Positions 36,553-37,557 of a stretch of DNA of 37,557 nucleotides are shown here, piece after piece; positions within the stretch are counted from its first letter, which is position 1, and every line of letters starts with the position of its first letter. The translations under genes were made by a program, and so were the position numbers. Source of the stretch: a virus (lineage: Duplodnaviria; Heunggongvirae; Uroviricota; Caudoviricetes); IMG/VR virus record IMGVR_UViG_2588253749_000008; one strand, written 5' to 3'. The notes under the pieces were generated by a model that was given only the letters and a program-made list of their open reading frames with translations, did not search any database and was not told the DNA's origin.

Positions 36553-37557
36553 ATGTCGATTAAGAAGCTCGAAGATGGTCGTTATTTGCTGGACATCAGG
36601 CCGAACGGACGCAAGGGAAAGCGCGTGCGTAAGGTATTTGACAAAAAATCGGTAGCGGTGGCCACTGAACGCTACATCATGGCGAACGCTGAAAAGCGGG
36701 AATATATACAGGGCTACCGTGATCGTCGAACGCTAAATGATTTGCTTGAGTTGTGGTGGATGTATCACGGCCAGCACAGGCGTAAGGCGGAAGAAGACCG
36801 AAAACAACTGCGCAACATAATCAATGAGCTTGGCGCTGATATGCAGGCTGTGGATCTTGATAAGCTGAAAATTATCGCGTGGCGTTCTCAAAAGATAGCT
36901 GATGGATTGAAACCGTCATCTGCTAACAGGTACATGAATCGGTTATCCGGAATGTTTACCGTGCTGAAAAAAATAGGTCTTTGGGATGCAGAACATCCAG
37001 TAAGGGGAATTTCTATTCTTTATGTATCTCCACGAGAAATGGCGTTCCTGTCACAGAAGGAAGTGGCGCTATTGCTCGATACACTGGAGGGCGACTACTG
37101 GCGTGTTGCGCTTTTGTGTTTAAGCACAGGGGCGCGCTGGAGTGAAGCTTGTAAGCTTCGTGGTGAACAGATAGTTCATAACCGTGTAACGTTTCTTGAA
37201 ACCAAAAATGGCCGGAAGAGAACAGTGCCAATTTCGCAGGCAGTTTGTGAGGCGATCAAAACCAGAGAAACAGGCGGCTTGTTTGAGGTGAAGTACCGGG
37301 AATTCTGCCTGGCGCTGAAAAGAGTTAAGCCCGATTTACCAAAAGGCCAGGCTGCACATGTGCTGCGGCATACGTTCGCCAGCCATTTTGTGATGAACGG
37401 AGGAAACATTATTGCGCTTCAGAAGATTCTTGGTCACGCAACCATTCAGCAAACAATGGCATATGCGCATTTTGCACCGGATTACCTGCAGGATGCGGTG
37501 GCCCTTAATCCGCTGAAAGGTGGCGTAAGTGTCCACGCAGTGTCCACGGGGGATTAA
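36553..37557 (+). CDS. int: P2-type tyrosine integrase
   Basis: Strong similarity to P2 Int as recalled (IKKL.DGRY..DIRP.GR.GKR.R, LCLSTGARW.EA, HNRVTF, VPIS.AV, G.IIALQ.ILGH, QTM.YAHFAP.YLQDA); start reassigned to MSIKK. Confidence 0.9.
   Translation: MSIKKLEDGRYLLDIRPNGRKGKRVRKVFDKKSVAVATERYIMANAEKREYIQGYRDRRTLNDLLELWWMYHGQHRRKAEEDRKQLRNIINELGADMQAVDLDKLKIIAWRSQKIADGLKPSSANRYMNRLSGMFTVLKKIGLWDAEHPVRGISILYVSPREMAFLSQKEVALLLDTLEGDYWRVALLCLSTGARWSEACKLRGEQIVHNRVTFLETKNGRKRTVPISQAVCEAIKTRETGGLFEVKYREFCLALKRVKPDLPKGQAAHVLRHTFASHFVMNGGNIIALQKILGHATIQQTMAYAHFAPDYLQDAVALNPLKGGVSVHAVSTGD

Noticed and set aside
1-37557. CRISPR array
   Set aside because: No regularly spaced short direct repeats; the repeats seen are IS1 ends, gix-like sites and operator-like motifs.

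Overview
Enterobacterial (E. coli-like) chromosomal segment carrying an essentially complete P2-family prophage (about 3.86-37.56 kb). The window starts at the stop codon of an flk-like gene and ends at the stop codon of the P2-type integrase, so attL is outside the window and attR could not be located. Left of the prophage: an intact IS1 with a perfect 9-bp target-site duplication, a GC-poor two-gene island (zinc-ribbon membrane protein plus secreted Cys-repeat protein), and a hok/gef-family type I toxin locus. Prophage modules identified by similarity to P2 proteins recalled from memory: ogr, D, FI-FII-E/E'-T-U, a Hin/Gin/Pin-type invertase with an invertible tail-fibre segment, H-I-J-W-V-S-R, a lysis cassette, L-M-N-O, P-Q, replication gene A, an early region, cox, C and int. 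Main anomalies: (1) a GC-poor 340-aa orphan gene inserted between ogr and D, my top candidate for an undescribed defence gene; (2) a plasmid-type parM/parR cassette plus small genes and structured RNA in the variable region between the portal/cos end and gene A; (3) the FI-U tail block is inverted relative to D and H compared with canonical P2 order; (4) gpD carries an apparent 1-nt frameshift. All calls are from reading the sequence and the ORF track; no database search was run.
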